64,000 bases of DNA from Patescibacteria group bacterium (GCA_029210775.1 JARGGI010000001.1:16493-80492), one strand, 5' to 3'; positions 35,109 through 44,813 are shown, counted from the stretch's first letter. Numbers and translations: made by a program. Notes: a model not told the origin generated them from the sequence alone.

Positions 35109-36539
35109 ATGATCGGAAATTTTAAAAAAATTAGGTTTAAGAGAAGACTTAGAAAACTTCGTTTTATAATTTTTACTTTTTTAAAAAACACTTTAGTGTT
35201 AACCAGCATTGCAGGATTTGTTGTGGCAAGTGTGCCAATATTCAGCGCCTATGAGGCTCATGTCATCAATGTCACAGCCAAAATTGAAAACGATATTCCT
35301 ACCATTGATCCTCCAGGTGGTTATTTCTGTAACGACGGTAGTTTGACAATGAAATTATTCACTTCAATAGTTGGAGCAAATATTATATATACAACTGATG
35401 GAACGAACCCAGACTGTTTTGCACCGAATGGCATAATATACTCAGCGCCATTTCCTTTAACATATAGTGCAACGGTTAAAGCCAGAGCATGTCATGATGA
35501 CAATCAGAGCGTTACTGTGAATAAATATTTTGATGTTTCTTCACAATATTGTGAGGAAAAGAAATATTGTGATGCTCGTTCAATTGGCTATTGGCAAAAT
35601 CATGAAGGTTGTCCAGCGAGCAGTAATTGGTCTGCTGAAATTAATGCTTTATCTTTGGGTGAATTATCAGGAGCATTTGGAACAATTTCAGGATCAGATA
35701 TTTGTTTCTATTTGTCTCCAAAAAATTGTCCTGCTGCAAAAACAATTGAAGGAAAACTTTGTCAAGCAAAAGGAAAAACTCTTGCAAATTTATCAAATAT
35801 TGGATCAAATCATTTAGATCTAAACGCTCTGATTGCAGGATCTGATGATGGAAATAAAGCATTTGATAATTTGGGTTTAAATTCATCTTCAACGGTTAGA
35901 GAAGCTTTGTTTAAAATTGAAAAAATCATCATAGATGTGTCTGCAACAAAAAGAGAATTGACTGATGCAGCATATGTTGCTGAAAGAATTTATGCTTTTT
36001 ATGAAGAAGAAAATGAAAATACACCATGGTGTTTTTATGGAGAAGTTGAGCTTAATCTTCTCACAATTCCTCTTGTCAAAGAACTACCCGCATCTGTGTG
36101 TGGAAATGGAAATTTAGATATTGATATTGGTGAAACTTGTGATGATGGAAACACAATTAGTGAAGATGGTTGCTCTGAAATTTGCCAGATTGAAACACCG
36201 ATTGAAGAATCAAAAGATGAAAAGCCCCCAGAAGCAGAGCTCCCAATTGTTGAGGAAGAACTGATTTCAGAAATTCCAGATGAAGATCCAATTACAGAAG
36301 AATCTCTAATTCAACAATCTGTTGAAGATCCTGTCGTTGAAGAATCTTTTACAGAACCACCTCTAACTGAAGAAACTGACAAAATAGACCCTACTAATGA
36401 AGATTTCACATCAGAACCTCAACAAGAAGATCTTTCTGTTGAAAAGCCGATACAAGAAGATATTTCTACTGAAAAACCCGGCCCTAACGACTCTTCGGTT
36501 GAGTATTCAGAATTGCTGACACCGTCTATAATCTATTAA
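35109..36539 (+). CDS. secreted protein with SipW-cognate-like motif, chitobiase/hexosaminidase C-terminal-like domain, Myxococcus-type Cys-rich repeat and acidic Pro/Glu-rich tail
   Basis: AYEAHVINVTAKIEN; IIYTTDGTNPDC...; CGNGNLDIDIGETCDDGNTISEDGCSEICQIE. Confidence 0.7.
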   Translation: MIGNFKKIRFKRRLRKLRFIIFTFLKNTLVLTSIAGFVVASVPIFSAYEAHVINVTAKIENDIPTIDPPGGYFCNDGSLTMKLFTSIVGANIIYTTDGTNPDCFAPNGIIYSAPFPLTYSATVKARACHDDNQSVTVNKYFDVSSQYCEEKKYCDARSIGYWQNHEGCPASSNWSAEINALSLGELSGAFGTISGSDICFYLSPKNCPAAKTIEGKLCQAKGKTLANLSNIGSNHLDLNALIAGSDDGNKAFDNLGLNSSSTVREALFKIEKIIIDVSATKRELTDAAYVAERIYAFYEEENENTPWCFYGEVELNLLTIPLVKELPASVCGNGNLDIDIGETCDDGNTISEDGCSEICQIETPIEESKDEKPPEAELPIVEEELISEIPDEDPITEESLIQQSVEDPVVEESFTEPPLTEETDKIDPTNEDFTSEPQQEDLSVEKPIQEDISTEKPGPNDSSVEYSELLTPSIIY

Positions 36540-36550
36540 CAAATAAACAA

Positions 36551-36643
36551 TGTCATTTCAGAATTTATTCCAAAGCAACAGCTTTTGAATAGAAATCTGA
36601 GATAGAGCTTACCTTGTTTTATTAAAACTTTTCTGGAATGACA
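36551..36643. repeat. MITE-like element, TGTCATTTCAGAA...TTCTGGAATGACA termini
   Basis: 13-bp terminal inverted repeats with one mismatch. Confidence 0.6.
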
Positions 36644-36673
36644 ACAACAGTGACAATTAATAGAATCTAAGCA

Positions 36674-37879
36674 TTGATTAAATATATGAAATTCAATTTG
36701 AAAAAACTTAAAACGATTGTCACAGTTTCATCGCTTCTGTTTATAAGCGTGTTATTTACTGTGTTTTTTCAAAATAATGTTTCAAAAGCAAATTCAATTT
36801 TAAGTCCTATAATTGTGAATTTATTAAATCTTGAATTTAGCGTAGTATTTCCTGGGGAACAATTACATCAAAACTTTCTTGTTTCCTATTCTGGAGATGG
36901 AAGCGGAATTTATACTATCACTGAGAAATATAAACCTTTACCAACAGCTGAAGTTCCAGTCGGATATGTCGGAAGTATAAGTGATTATTGTCAAGAAAAT
37001 TATGAAGATTATACAAGATGCTATAAAACTCTTTGTCCTTATATGACTGAATATAGTGAAGAAGGAGAGGGAGATCTTATAAATTCAGCATCTGTTGGAC
37101 CAAATGATTCATCTGATGATTGGGTTGTTGCCTTGAGCGTGCCAGCGATTATGGGAAATGTTGCGCAAGATCATACTGGCGGAATCATTACTGAAAACGG
37201 AGCTTATGGATGCGATCTTTCATTTGATGTTGAACGAATATGTGAAAACAAGCCTGTTGATATAGTTTTGATTATGGACAGATCCGTGAGCATGGGTCCC
37301 ACATATGACAACCCTTCAAGATTGTCTCAAGCGAAAACCGCTGCCAATTCATTTTTAGGAAATTTAGGAAGTAATGACCAGTCAGCTTTGGTATCCTATG
37401 CAGGTAGTGCGTCTTTAGATAAGGGATTATCTGCAATTCATATTACCGATCCAGCATCAACTGAAACTGCAGTAAACGCTCTTTCGGCCTCTGGAAGCAC
37501 AAATATTGGTGATGCAATTGCAAAAGGAACCGCAGAATTTAGTTTAGGTAGAGAAAATAATCAAGCCGTAAAAGTAATGATTCTTCTCACGGACGGTAAA
37601 CCAACTTGTCCTGTTATTCATGAGGGATATTCTCAATGTGGATATGTACAAGATCCAGGAGATGTTGATCATGCAGAAAATATGGCGATATTGGTAAAAC
37701 AAGCTGGAATTAAAGTCTTCACAATCGGACTTGGCGATAACGAGAAAATAAACGAAGATATGCTTCAAAATATCGCATCATTGAAAAGTGATGGAGTAAC
37801 TCCTGAATATTATTATGCCCCAAACGGAAGTGATTTGGAAGGGATTTATGATGAGATTTCAGGGGAACTTTGTCAATAG
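36674..37879 (+). CDS. secreted vWA-domain protein (401 aa), paralog of 32000-33358
   Basis: VLIMDRSVSM MIDAS, LLTDGKPT; shared blocks FxxVFPxEQL, DxWVxxLxVPxxxGNxAQD, GCDL with protein 32000. Confidence 0.8.
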   Translation: MIKYMKFNLKKLKTIVTVSSLLFISVLFTVFFQNNVSKANSILSPIIVNLLNLEFSVVFPGEQLHQNFLVSYSGDGSGIYTITEKYKPLPTAEVPVGYVGSISDYCQENYEDYTRCYKTLCPYMTEYSEEGEGDLINSASVGPNDSSDDWVVALSVPAIMGNVAQDHTGGIITENGAYGCDLSFDVERICENKPVDIVLIMDRSVSMGPTYDNPSRLSQAKTAANSFLGNLGSNDQSALVSYAGSASLDKGLSAIHITDPASTETAVNALSASGSTNIGDAIAKGTAEFSLGRENNQAVKVMILLTDGKPTCPVIHEGYSQCGYVQDPGDVDHAENMAILVKQAGIKVFTIGLGDNEKINEDMLQNIASLKSDGVTPEYYYAPNGSDLEGIYDEISGELCQ

Positions 37880-37999
37880 TTATGAGCTTAAAGTAAGCGC
37901 CTTAATTAGAATATAATTTCCAATTAAAGCGTTTGCTCTAATCGGCAAACAAGAGGGAAGCCGTAGCGAATGACACCAGTCCTAATACGACTTCTCTCA

Positions 38000-38230
38000 A
38001 ACTACTTGAAAAAATATAAATAAAAATACAAAAAATACAAAAAAAAATTACCCAACTTATAAAAATACATAAAAAAAGAAACACAAAATATAACAAAAAA
38101 AACAAAAAAAGATTAACATAAATATAAAAAAGCGAAAAACAAAAAAGTCAAAAACACACAAAAATAACACTCAAGAAAAACGCGCGAAATAAAAGAAAAA
38201 CGCACAAACAAAGCCTATATAAACAATGTT
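38000..38230 (+). repeat. about 230-bp strand-asymmetric A+C-rich low-complexity tract (almost no G/T on + strand)
   Basis: AAAAATACAAAAAATACAAAAAAAAATTACCCAAC...AAAACGCGCGAAATAAAAGAAAAACGCACAAACAAAGCC. Confidence 0.8.
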
Positions 38231-38298
38231 TTTTAAAAAATACAATGATTTAGGTGGTTTTTGATTTGGTCTATTTACACATTTAAAACAGTGTAAAG

Positions 38299-38423
38299 TG
38301 TCATTCTTTTATAATGTCATTCTGAATTTATTTCAGAATCAATCGTCCCTTACACTTTGTTCTCAAGATAAATCACAGACAAACCAATAATCTAAAAGAT
38401 CCTGAAACAAGTTCAGGATGACA
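38299..38423. repeat. MITE-like element of the TGTCAT superfamily immediately upstream of the 932-aa gene
   Basis: TGTCATTCTTTTATAATGTCATTCTGAATTTATTTCAGAATCA...GATCCTGAAACAAGTTCAGGATGACA. Confidence 0.6.
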
Positions 38424-38474
38424 CTTAAAAACAATAAAATTATTTTTATATATATTATTAATTAATTTACACTT

Positions 38475-41273
38475 ATGAAGAAAATTAGCAAACAACCAAA
38501 AAATGGCACTCAAAAGAAAATAGCTTCATTTGGTATAATTTCCTTGTTGTTAAATGTTGTTATGACAAGTGTGTTACTTGCGCCTTCAGAAGATGTTCTC
38601 GGACAAGGAGTTGAACAAGTATGTGAAAACAAGCCTGACTCATATGTTTCAGAAGATGATGATGAATATAAAGGCAATGTTTTGATAAACGAATTGATGT
38701 GGATGGGAACTTCAGTTTCTACGGCAGATGAATGGATTGAATTAAGAAATATGACACCAATTGAAATTAATTTCAATAATACTCCTTGGTCAATATATAA
38801 AAATGATTCACGTATGCTTGTAATTAGCAGCGGAATACTTAAAGGGTGTGGTTATTTTCTTGTTTCTAACAATAGTGAAAATCATAAGTTTACTAACGGA
38901 GAATCTGTCCTAAATATCACTCCTGATTTCATCGACAAATCAGTTTCTCTTTCTGATTCTTCGGTTCAATATAAACTTTATGATACGGAAAATAGCGAAG
39001 GAAATCTTATTGATACAGCTGATGATGGTTCAGGCAAAGTTTTAGCTGGAGAATACACACCTGAAAACAATTGGAAATCAATGTCAAGAAGAACTGCCCA
39101 AGACGGAACTTTAGCAGAAAATTGGTGCACCGCTCAAACCAGAGTAAATTGGGACGCTAAAACCCCAGAATTTGGAACACCAGGCGCTGAGAATATCTGT
39201 AACAGAATTTCCGGTTACAAATTTAACGATGTAAATGGTAATGGCACTTGGGATAAAAACGAGTCTGATTCTGAACCTGGTCTTAACGAATGGATAATAA
39301 ATCTTTATGGTAATTTAATTACCATTACATCGACAGTAACTGATGTCTTGGGATATTATGAATTCAAAAATTTGTTAGCAGGAACATATTTCGTCAAAGA
39401 AGAAATTAAAAATAAATGGCAACAAACAACTCCAGTAGATCCAGATTATTTTGAAATTGATTTGACAGATAATCCAATATCTGACGATATAAACTTTGGA
39501 AATCAGTTAATATCAGTTTGTGGAAATAAAACAATTGAAGATGGAGAAATGTGTGACGATGGAAATATAGAAAGTGGAGACGGATGTTCCAGTGAATGTC
39601 AAATTGAAAATACAGCTTCAATTTCTGGATGTAAATATGATGATGAGAACAATAATTCAAAAGTTGATGAAAAAGAAGGAAAGTTAAGCGGTTGGGAAGT
39701 TCAACTGATTGGCTGTCCATATTCTTCAGAAGGAGATTTCCTACCAAAAACTAGTATAAATGAAAATCCACAAGAAGGCGAAGTCGGATATTGCTCGGTA
39801 ATCAAAACTACAACCACCACTACTGACGGTTGCTATAGTTTTGAAGGTCTTTCCGCTGGAGATTATGGAGTTAATGAAGTAGATCAAGAAAACTGGACAC
39901 AGACTTTTCCAACAAATGGAATGTTCTATTCTTTTAATCTGACAGATGGTGAGGCAAAGACAGATGTTGACTTTTTGAACCACGAAGAGACTACACCTCC
40001 TGAATGTTCAGGAGAAGAAACACAAAATTGTTATGGTGGTCCTGGAGGAACGGCAGGTGTTGGGATTTGCCAAGCAGGTATCCAAACTTGTGTTGATGGC
40101 AATTGGAGTCAATGCAGTGGTCAAGTTACTCCTCGAAGTGAAATTTGTGGAAATGGTATTGACGAGGATTGTAATGGTTCTGATGCAGGCTGTGGAGGTT
40201 CTGGTCCAATTCCGAAACCAACAATCATAATCACGAATGAAAAAGTTTCCTATCTTGGAAGTGGAAGCGCATTAGTAACATGGACAACTAATATTGAAAC
40301 AACCAGGCAAGTTGCCTATGGCGATAATTCAATCACCCTTCTTGGCGCTGTTCCAAAATATGGATATGACTCAGTTAATGAGGAGTCAGATAATATGACA
40401 AAAAATCACAGCGTCACAATTGATGAACTGACCGATGGAATTCCATACTATTTTAGACCAATTGCTGATCGACCTGGATCAACGGGGGAAAAGGTTGGAA
40501 TTGAAGTTTATTATCAACCCGGAGAAGTGAAAGGAGTAACCGACCCAGTTGTGCCAGAAGTTGAAGAATGTAATTATCTTTTTGAATATATCAAGTTTGG
40601 AAAAGATAATAATCCTGTTGAAGTTCAAAAACTTGAATCATTCTTGAATATATTTGAAAGTGAAAGTCTTGCTATAAACGGGATCTATGAACAAGTTGAT
40701 TTTGATGCTGTTTCAAGATTTCAGGAAAAATATTTTGAAAAAGTTCTTTCTCCTTGGAACCATGACAGCGCAACGGGATATGTCTATATCACAACAAAAA
40801 AAAGAATTAATGAAATTTATTGTGAAAGAGAATTTCCTTTAACAAAAGAACAAGCGGAAGAAGTTGCGCGATATGACACACTATTTGGCATAAGAGCACC
40901 AAGCGCTGAACAGCCAGCAGAGAGCTTTGATATAGAAACTGGTGCGGGTGCGACTACTACTACTCCAGAAAGTGGAATTGAGAGCACAGAAGGCGAAAAT
41001 GAAGGCACTGAAGGCCCACAGATTGAACTTGGGAACGAAAAGGAAAGCGGAGAAGTGGCTGGAACAACTGATGAAGTAAATGCAGATAATGGTGAAGGCG
41101 AGGTCGAAGAAATCAACAGTGAAACTGAGGAAGAAGTTGTTTATGCTGATAGTGGATATTCAAATTTATATTTCTGGATACCAGTTATATTACTACTTAT
41201 AATTATTGCTATTATTTATTATGTTACAAAGATGAAAAAAGGTGGCAATGATGCAGGATCGTCAACAGAATAA
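38475..41273 (+). CDS. large surface adhesin-like protein (932 aa): signal peptide, lamin-tail-like domain, two SdrD-B/CNA-B-like domains, Myxococcus Cys-rich repeat, Cys-rich module, FN3-like domain, acidic region, C-terminal TM anchor
   Basis: GNVLINELMW...EWIELRN; ISGYKFNDVNGNGTWD; CGNKTIEDGEMCDDGNIESGDGCSSECQIE; C-term IPVILLLIIIAIIYYVTKMKKGG. Confidence 0.75.
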   Translation: MKKISKQPKNGTQKKIASFGIISLLLNVVMTSVLLAPSEDVLGQGVEQVCENKPDSYVSEDDDEYKGNVLINELMWMGTSVSTADEWIELRNMTPIEINFNNTPWSIYKNDSRMLVISSGILKGCGYFLVSNNSENHKFTNGESVLNITPDFIDKSVSLSDSSVQYKLYDTENSEGNLIDTADDGSGKVLAGEYTPENNWKSMSRRTAQDGTLAENWCTAQTRVNWDAKTPEFGTPGAENICNRISGYKFNDVNGNGTWDKNESDSEPGLNEWIINLYGNLITITSTVTDVLGYYEFKNLLAGTYFVKEEIKNKWQQTTPVDPDYFEIDLTDNPISDDINFGNQLISVCGNKTIEDGEMCDDGNIESGDGCSSECQIENTASISGCKYDDENNNSKVDEKEGKLSGWEVQLIGCPYSSEGDFLPKTSINENPQEGEVGYCSVIKTTTTTTDGCYSFEGLSAGDYGVNEVDQENWTQTFPTNGMFYSFNLTDGEAKTDVDFLNHEETTPPECSGEETQNCYGGPGGTAGVGICQAGIQTCVDGNWSQCSGQVTPRSEICGNGIDEDCNGSDAGCGGSGPIPKPTIIITNEKVSYLGSGSALVTWTTNIETTRQVAYGDNSITLLGAVPKYGYDSVNEESDNMTKNHSVTIDELTDGIPYYFRPIADRPGSTGEKVGIEVYYQPGEVKGVTDPVVPEVEECNYLFEYIKFGKDNNPVEVQKLESFLNIFESESLAINGIYEQVDFDAVSRFQEKYFEKVLSPWNHDSATGYVYITTKKRINEIYCEREFPLTKEQAEEVARYDTLFGIRAPSAEQPAESFDIETGAGATTTTPESGIESTEGENEGTEGPQIELGNEKESGEVAGTTDEVNADNGEGEVEEINSETEEEVVYADSGYSNLYFWIPVILLLIIIAIIYYVTKMKKGGNDAGSSTE

Positions 41274-41290
41274 AATAGTTATATATTTGC

Positions 41291-41319
41291 AAAAACCCGG
41301 TTGACTTGATCGGGTTTTT
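41291..41319 (+). terminator. rho-independent terminator of adhesin gene
   Basis: AAAAACCCG-gttgacttgat-CGGGTTTTT. Confidence 0.7.
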
Positions 41320-41329
41320 GTATTTGTTT

Positions 41330-41702
41330 TCTTGCGATGACATAGGTTTGTCTTTGCGAGGAGGAACTCGGGATTGCCACACTTCGCTCGCAAAGACAGA
41401 TAAAAAAACTATACGAAATTAAATTTGGGATTGCCGCTCTTCGCTCGCAATGACAGAGGAATAACATTGTCATTACGTGGAGGAACTCGGGATTGCCACG
41501 CTTCGCTCGCAAAGACAGAGGAATAACATTGTCATTGCGAGGAGGAACGACGAAGCAATCTTGAGTCTAAATTCACGATACGATATATTACAGTTTTTTG
41601 AATTTAAATTTGGGATTGCCACACTTTGTTCACAAAGACAGATAAAAAAACTATACGAAATTAAATTTGGGATTGCCACACTTTCCTCGCAATGGCAAGA
41701 GC
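41330..41702. repeat. second array of TGTCATT MITE family, opposite orientation to the 33450-33842 array
   Basis: 41530-41640 is the reverse complement (about 85% identical) of the unit at 33600-33730; additional short-form units TGTCTTTGCGAGGAGGAACTCGGGATTGCCACACTTCGCTCGCAAAGACA. Confidence 0.85.
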
Positions 41703-41821
41703 AACGGTCAAAATAACAAAAAAAGGGAAATAATATTCTAAACGATATTTCTTTTTAAAAAAATTAACAAAAACGGAAAAATAGAGTAAAATTAAATTAG
41801 ATTAATTTAAATCTTTTAAAT

Positions 41822-42382
41822 ATGAAATTAAAAAACATTGAGAATCCAACAAGACTGATATATCATAACCCAGTTTCACTTGTCACTTCAAATCACAAAG
41901 AAATAAAAAATGTTTTTACAGTCTCGTGGCTTTGTAGTGTTTCAAATCATCCACCGATGGTGATGATTAGCGTTGATAAAAAAAGATTTTCTTTCAATCT
42001 AATCAAACAAAGCGGTAAATTTGTGATAAACATTCCCAATATAAAGATGATTAAAGATGTCATATATTGCGGAAATGTTTCAAGAAAAAATAAAGATAAA
42101 TTTGAAGAGAGAAATTTAATGTATTCTGTTTCTGACAAAGGAGGGATTATTCTTAATGATACAATTGCTTATGTTGAATGTGAAGTGAAAAATGAATTTG
42201 ATGTTGGTGATCACATTTTGTTTATCGGAGAAATTATAACCTCAGGAGCTGAAGAAGAAGCCTATTCCAATGGCAGTTGGAATTTGAAAAATGAAAATGC
42301 AAAAACATTACATTTTTTAGGTGAGAATGGAAGATATATAACAATTGATGAAATTAATTTTAAAAAAAATAATAATTTTTAA
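41822..42382 (+). CDS. flavin reductase-like (FMN-binding split-barrel) domain protein
   Basis: Block order and length typical of HpaC-like flavin reductases. Confidence 0.6.
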   Translation: MKLKNIENPTRLIYHNPVSLVTSNHKEIKNVFTVSWLCSVSNHPPMVMISVDKKRFSFNLIKQSGKFVINIPNIKMIKDVIYCGNVSRKNKDKFEERNLMYSVSDKGGIILNDTIAYVECEVKNEFDVGDHILFIGEIITSGAEEEAYSNGSWNLKNENAKTLHFLGENGRYITIDEINFKKNNNF

Positions 42383-42551
42383 CTATAAAATGCAATAAGA
42401 ATGTCATTTTGAGCTTGCCCGTCCTGTTAGGCAGGCTTGTTGAAAAATGGTAAGCATGCTAAATTTATTATTGTTAACCAATCCAGTCTGCTGTCAGGCT
42501 GGCTTCACTAAACAAACTTTCTGTTTTGTAATTCAAAATTAAATAAATTTT

Positions 42552-43694
42552 ATGAATTGTAAAAGATCATTATATTTACATAAAAAATCTGGTGGAAAAT
42601 TAGAAATTAAAAGTAAATTTGAAATTAAAAGTAAAGAAGATTTAAGCATGGCCTATACTCCTTGTGTTGCTGAAATTTCTTCCCTAATTGCAAAAGACAA
42701 AAAACTTGCAAGTGACTACACAATCAAGAAAAATACTATTGCAGTTGTTTCAGATGGAAGCGCTGTTTTGGGTTTGGGTGATATAGGTGCAGAAGCTGCA
42801 ATCCCCGTTATGGAAGGTAAAGCGATTTTATTTAAAGAGCTTGCAAATGTTGATGCTTTTCCGATTTGTCTTGCAACACAAGATCCAGAAGAAATCATTC
42901 AAACCGTAAAAAACATCGCTCCAGTTTTTGGCGGAATTAATCTTGAAGATATTTCTGCTCCAAAATGTTTTTATATTGAAAAACAATTGCAAAACATTGG
43001 CATTCCCGTTATGCATGATGATCAACACGGAACAGCAATTGTTGTCATCGCTGCTCTCCTCAATTCCGCAAAAATAATAAAAAAAGACTTGTGTTCTATG
43101 AAAATTGTCATCGTTGGGGCTGGAGCTGCTGGAACTGCTATAACTAAAATGATTGCTCTTGAATTAAATCCAAAGGATATTCTTGTGTGTGATAGTAAAG
43201 GAATAATAAGCAAAGAGAGAAAGGATCTAAATCCGATGAAAAAAAAGCTTCTTGAAATCACTAACAAAAATAATACTAAAGGAAAAATTGAAGATGCTCT
43301 TTTGGATGCGGATGTTTTTATTGGTGTTTCAAAAGGTGGCCTAATAAATACTCAAATGATCAAAACAATGAATTCTGATGCAATTATTTTTGCAATGGCA
43401 AATCCAATTCCAGAAATTATGCCAGATGAAGCAAAAAGAGGAGGAGCGTCCATAGTTGGAACAGGGAGAAGTGATTTTCCAAATCAGATTAATAATGTTT
43501 TAGCCTTTCCGGGAATTTTTCGAGGACTTCTTGATAGTAAAGCAACAAAAGTAACAGACGAAATCAAAATTGAAGCCGCAAGAGCGATCGCAAATTGTGT
43601 CTTAAATCCAACAGTCAATAACATTCTTCCAAATCCACTTGATAAAAAAGTGTCAAAAGCTATAGCCAAAAGCATAAAACATTTACGAAAATAA
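42552..43694 (+). CDS. NAD(P)-dependent malic enzyme (short form)
   Basis: GGKLEIKSK...EDLSMAYTPCVAE; GLGDIGAEAAIPVMEGKAILFKELANVDAFPICL; VIVGAGAAGTAI Rossmann. Confidence 0.85.
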   Translation: MNCKRSLYLHKKSGGKLEIKSKFEIKSKEDLSMAYTPCVAEISSLIAKDKKLASDYTIKKNTIAVVSDGSAVLGLGDIGAEAAIPVMEGKAILFKELANVDAFPICLATQDPEEIIQTVKNIAPVFGGINLEDISAPKCFYIEKQLQNIGIPVMHDDQHGTAIVVIAALLNSAKIIKKDLCSMKIVIVGAGAAGTAITKMIALELNPKDILVCDSKGIISKERKDLNPMKKKLLEITNKNNTKGKIEDALLDADVFIGVSKGGLINTQMIKTMNSDAIIFAMANPIPEIMPDEAKRGGASIVGTGRSDFPNQINNVLAFPGIFRGLLDSKATKVTDEIKIEAARAIANCVLNPTVNNILPNPLDKKVSKAIAKSIKHLRK

Positions 43695-43709
43695 AATATA
43701 TATATATAT

Positions 43710-44813
43710 ATGAAAAATGAAAACAAAAATAATGAACAAATTTTGGAAGAAGCATTAGATCTTTGGGAAAATGGAAAATCAGTTTCAAAGATTTTAAGTT
43801 TATTTCCAAATCAAAGAAAAATGCTCAAAGAAGTTTTTTCCACTTTTACAATTTTAGATAATGAGAAAAATAATATATCAAAACCAGAAGAATTATTAGA
43901 CAATGTTATTTCTCAAATTGTAAAAGAAAATAAAAATGGAATAAACCTAAAAGAAAAAAGAATTATTGAAGATATAAAAATTATTAAAAAAAATCCTATA
44001 AAACAAAAAAGGGAACTTTTAAATGACAATAATATTAAATCAAATTATATAGCTCTTGAAAAAAAAGATAAAAAAATAACAACTGAAAAAAATAATATAA
44101 TTCATCAGGACGATAAAACAAAAGTTGAAAAATTGATTGTTTCTAAAAGCCTTTTAGTTTTTAATAAAAAATTATTTATTGAATTGTTTGCGGTTCTGTT
44201 TATTGTCATCATCATTGCTGTAATATTTTTAATACTTAACAGCAAAACTCCTTCTTTGGTAAATGATATTTCCGACAAACTGAAATTAGAAAATGAGATT
44301 CTTAAAAAAGAAATTGATGACCTTGAAAAGACAAATAACACTTTTATTGCAGATGAAATAGACCAAATTATTGAACGGTCAAATCAAAGCGAAAGCATTG
44401 TTCTGGTTGATGAATTAGATAATTTTGAAAAAGAACTTGCATTTGAATTAGACAGTCTACTCATTGAGATTAATAACCTTGAAGACAGTGCATCTTTGAA
44501 AGTTTCTGCAGAAAATTTAATTAATTCTATAAATTCAATCGTTAATAAATATGTTAATTTCTCAAATCGTATAAATATCAAAATCCAGTATCTTAAAATT
44601 AGCGGGAAAGATGTAACAAAATTAGAATCTCAATCAGAAAAAGCAAGTGAAAATTTACAAAATATAAAAGATGAAATTGACAAAATTGAAATAGAGAAAA
44701 TTAATTATAAAAATCTCAGGGAAAATTTTATAAAAAAAACCGAAGATAACCTAAGAAATATACAGTCAGAATATTTTCAAATCATAGGTGAAATAAAAAT
44801 GATGGAAAATTAA
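43710..44813 (+). CDS. hypothetical coiled-coil protein with central TM helix (367 aa)
   Basis: ORF, Lys/Glu/Asn-rich, one hydrophobic segment. Confidence 0.45.
   Translation: MKNENKNNEQILEEALDLWENGKSVSKILSLFPNQRKMLKEVFSTFTILDNEKNNISKPEELLDNVISQIVKENKNGINLKEKRIIEDIKIIKKNPIKQKRELLNDNNIKSNYIALEKKDKKITTEKNNIIHQDDKTKVEKLIVSKSLLVFNKKLFIELFAVLFIVIIIAVIFLILNSKTPSLVNDISDKLKLENEILKKEIDDLEKTNNTFIADEIDQIIERSNQSESIVLVDELDNFEKELAFELDSLLIEINNLEDSASLKVSAENLINSINSIVNKYVNFSNRINIKIQYLKISGKDVTKLESQSEKASENLQNIKDEIDKIEIEKINYKNLRENFIKKTEDNLRNIQSEYFQIIGEIKMMEN

Noticed and set aside
37880-38000. Possible tRNA or ncRNA just downstream of the vWA gene (GCGTTTGCTCTAATCGGCAAACAAG hairpin)
   Set aside because: No T-arm GTTCRA box or cloverleaf; more likely a simple terminator-like hairpin.
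33450-41702. Considered whether the two repeat arrays are CRISPR arrays
   Set aside because: Repeats are imperfect and occur as alternating inverted arms around a constant core rather than identical direct repeats with unique spacers; no cas genes in the window; copies of the same unit are dispersed singly elsewhere, including inside leuS.
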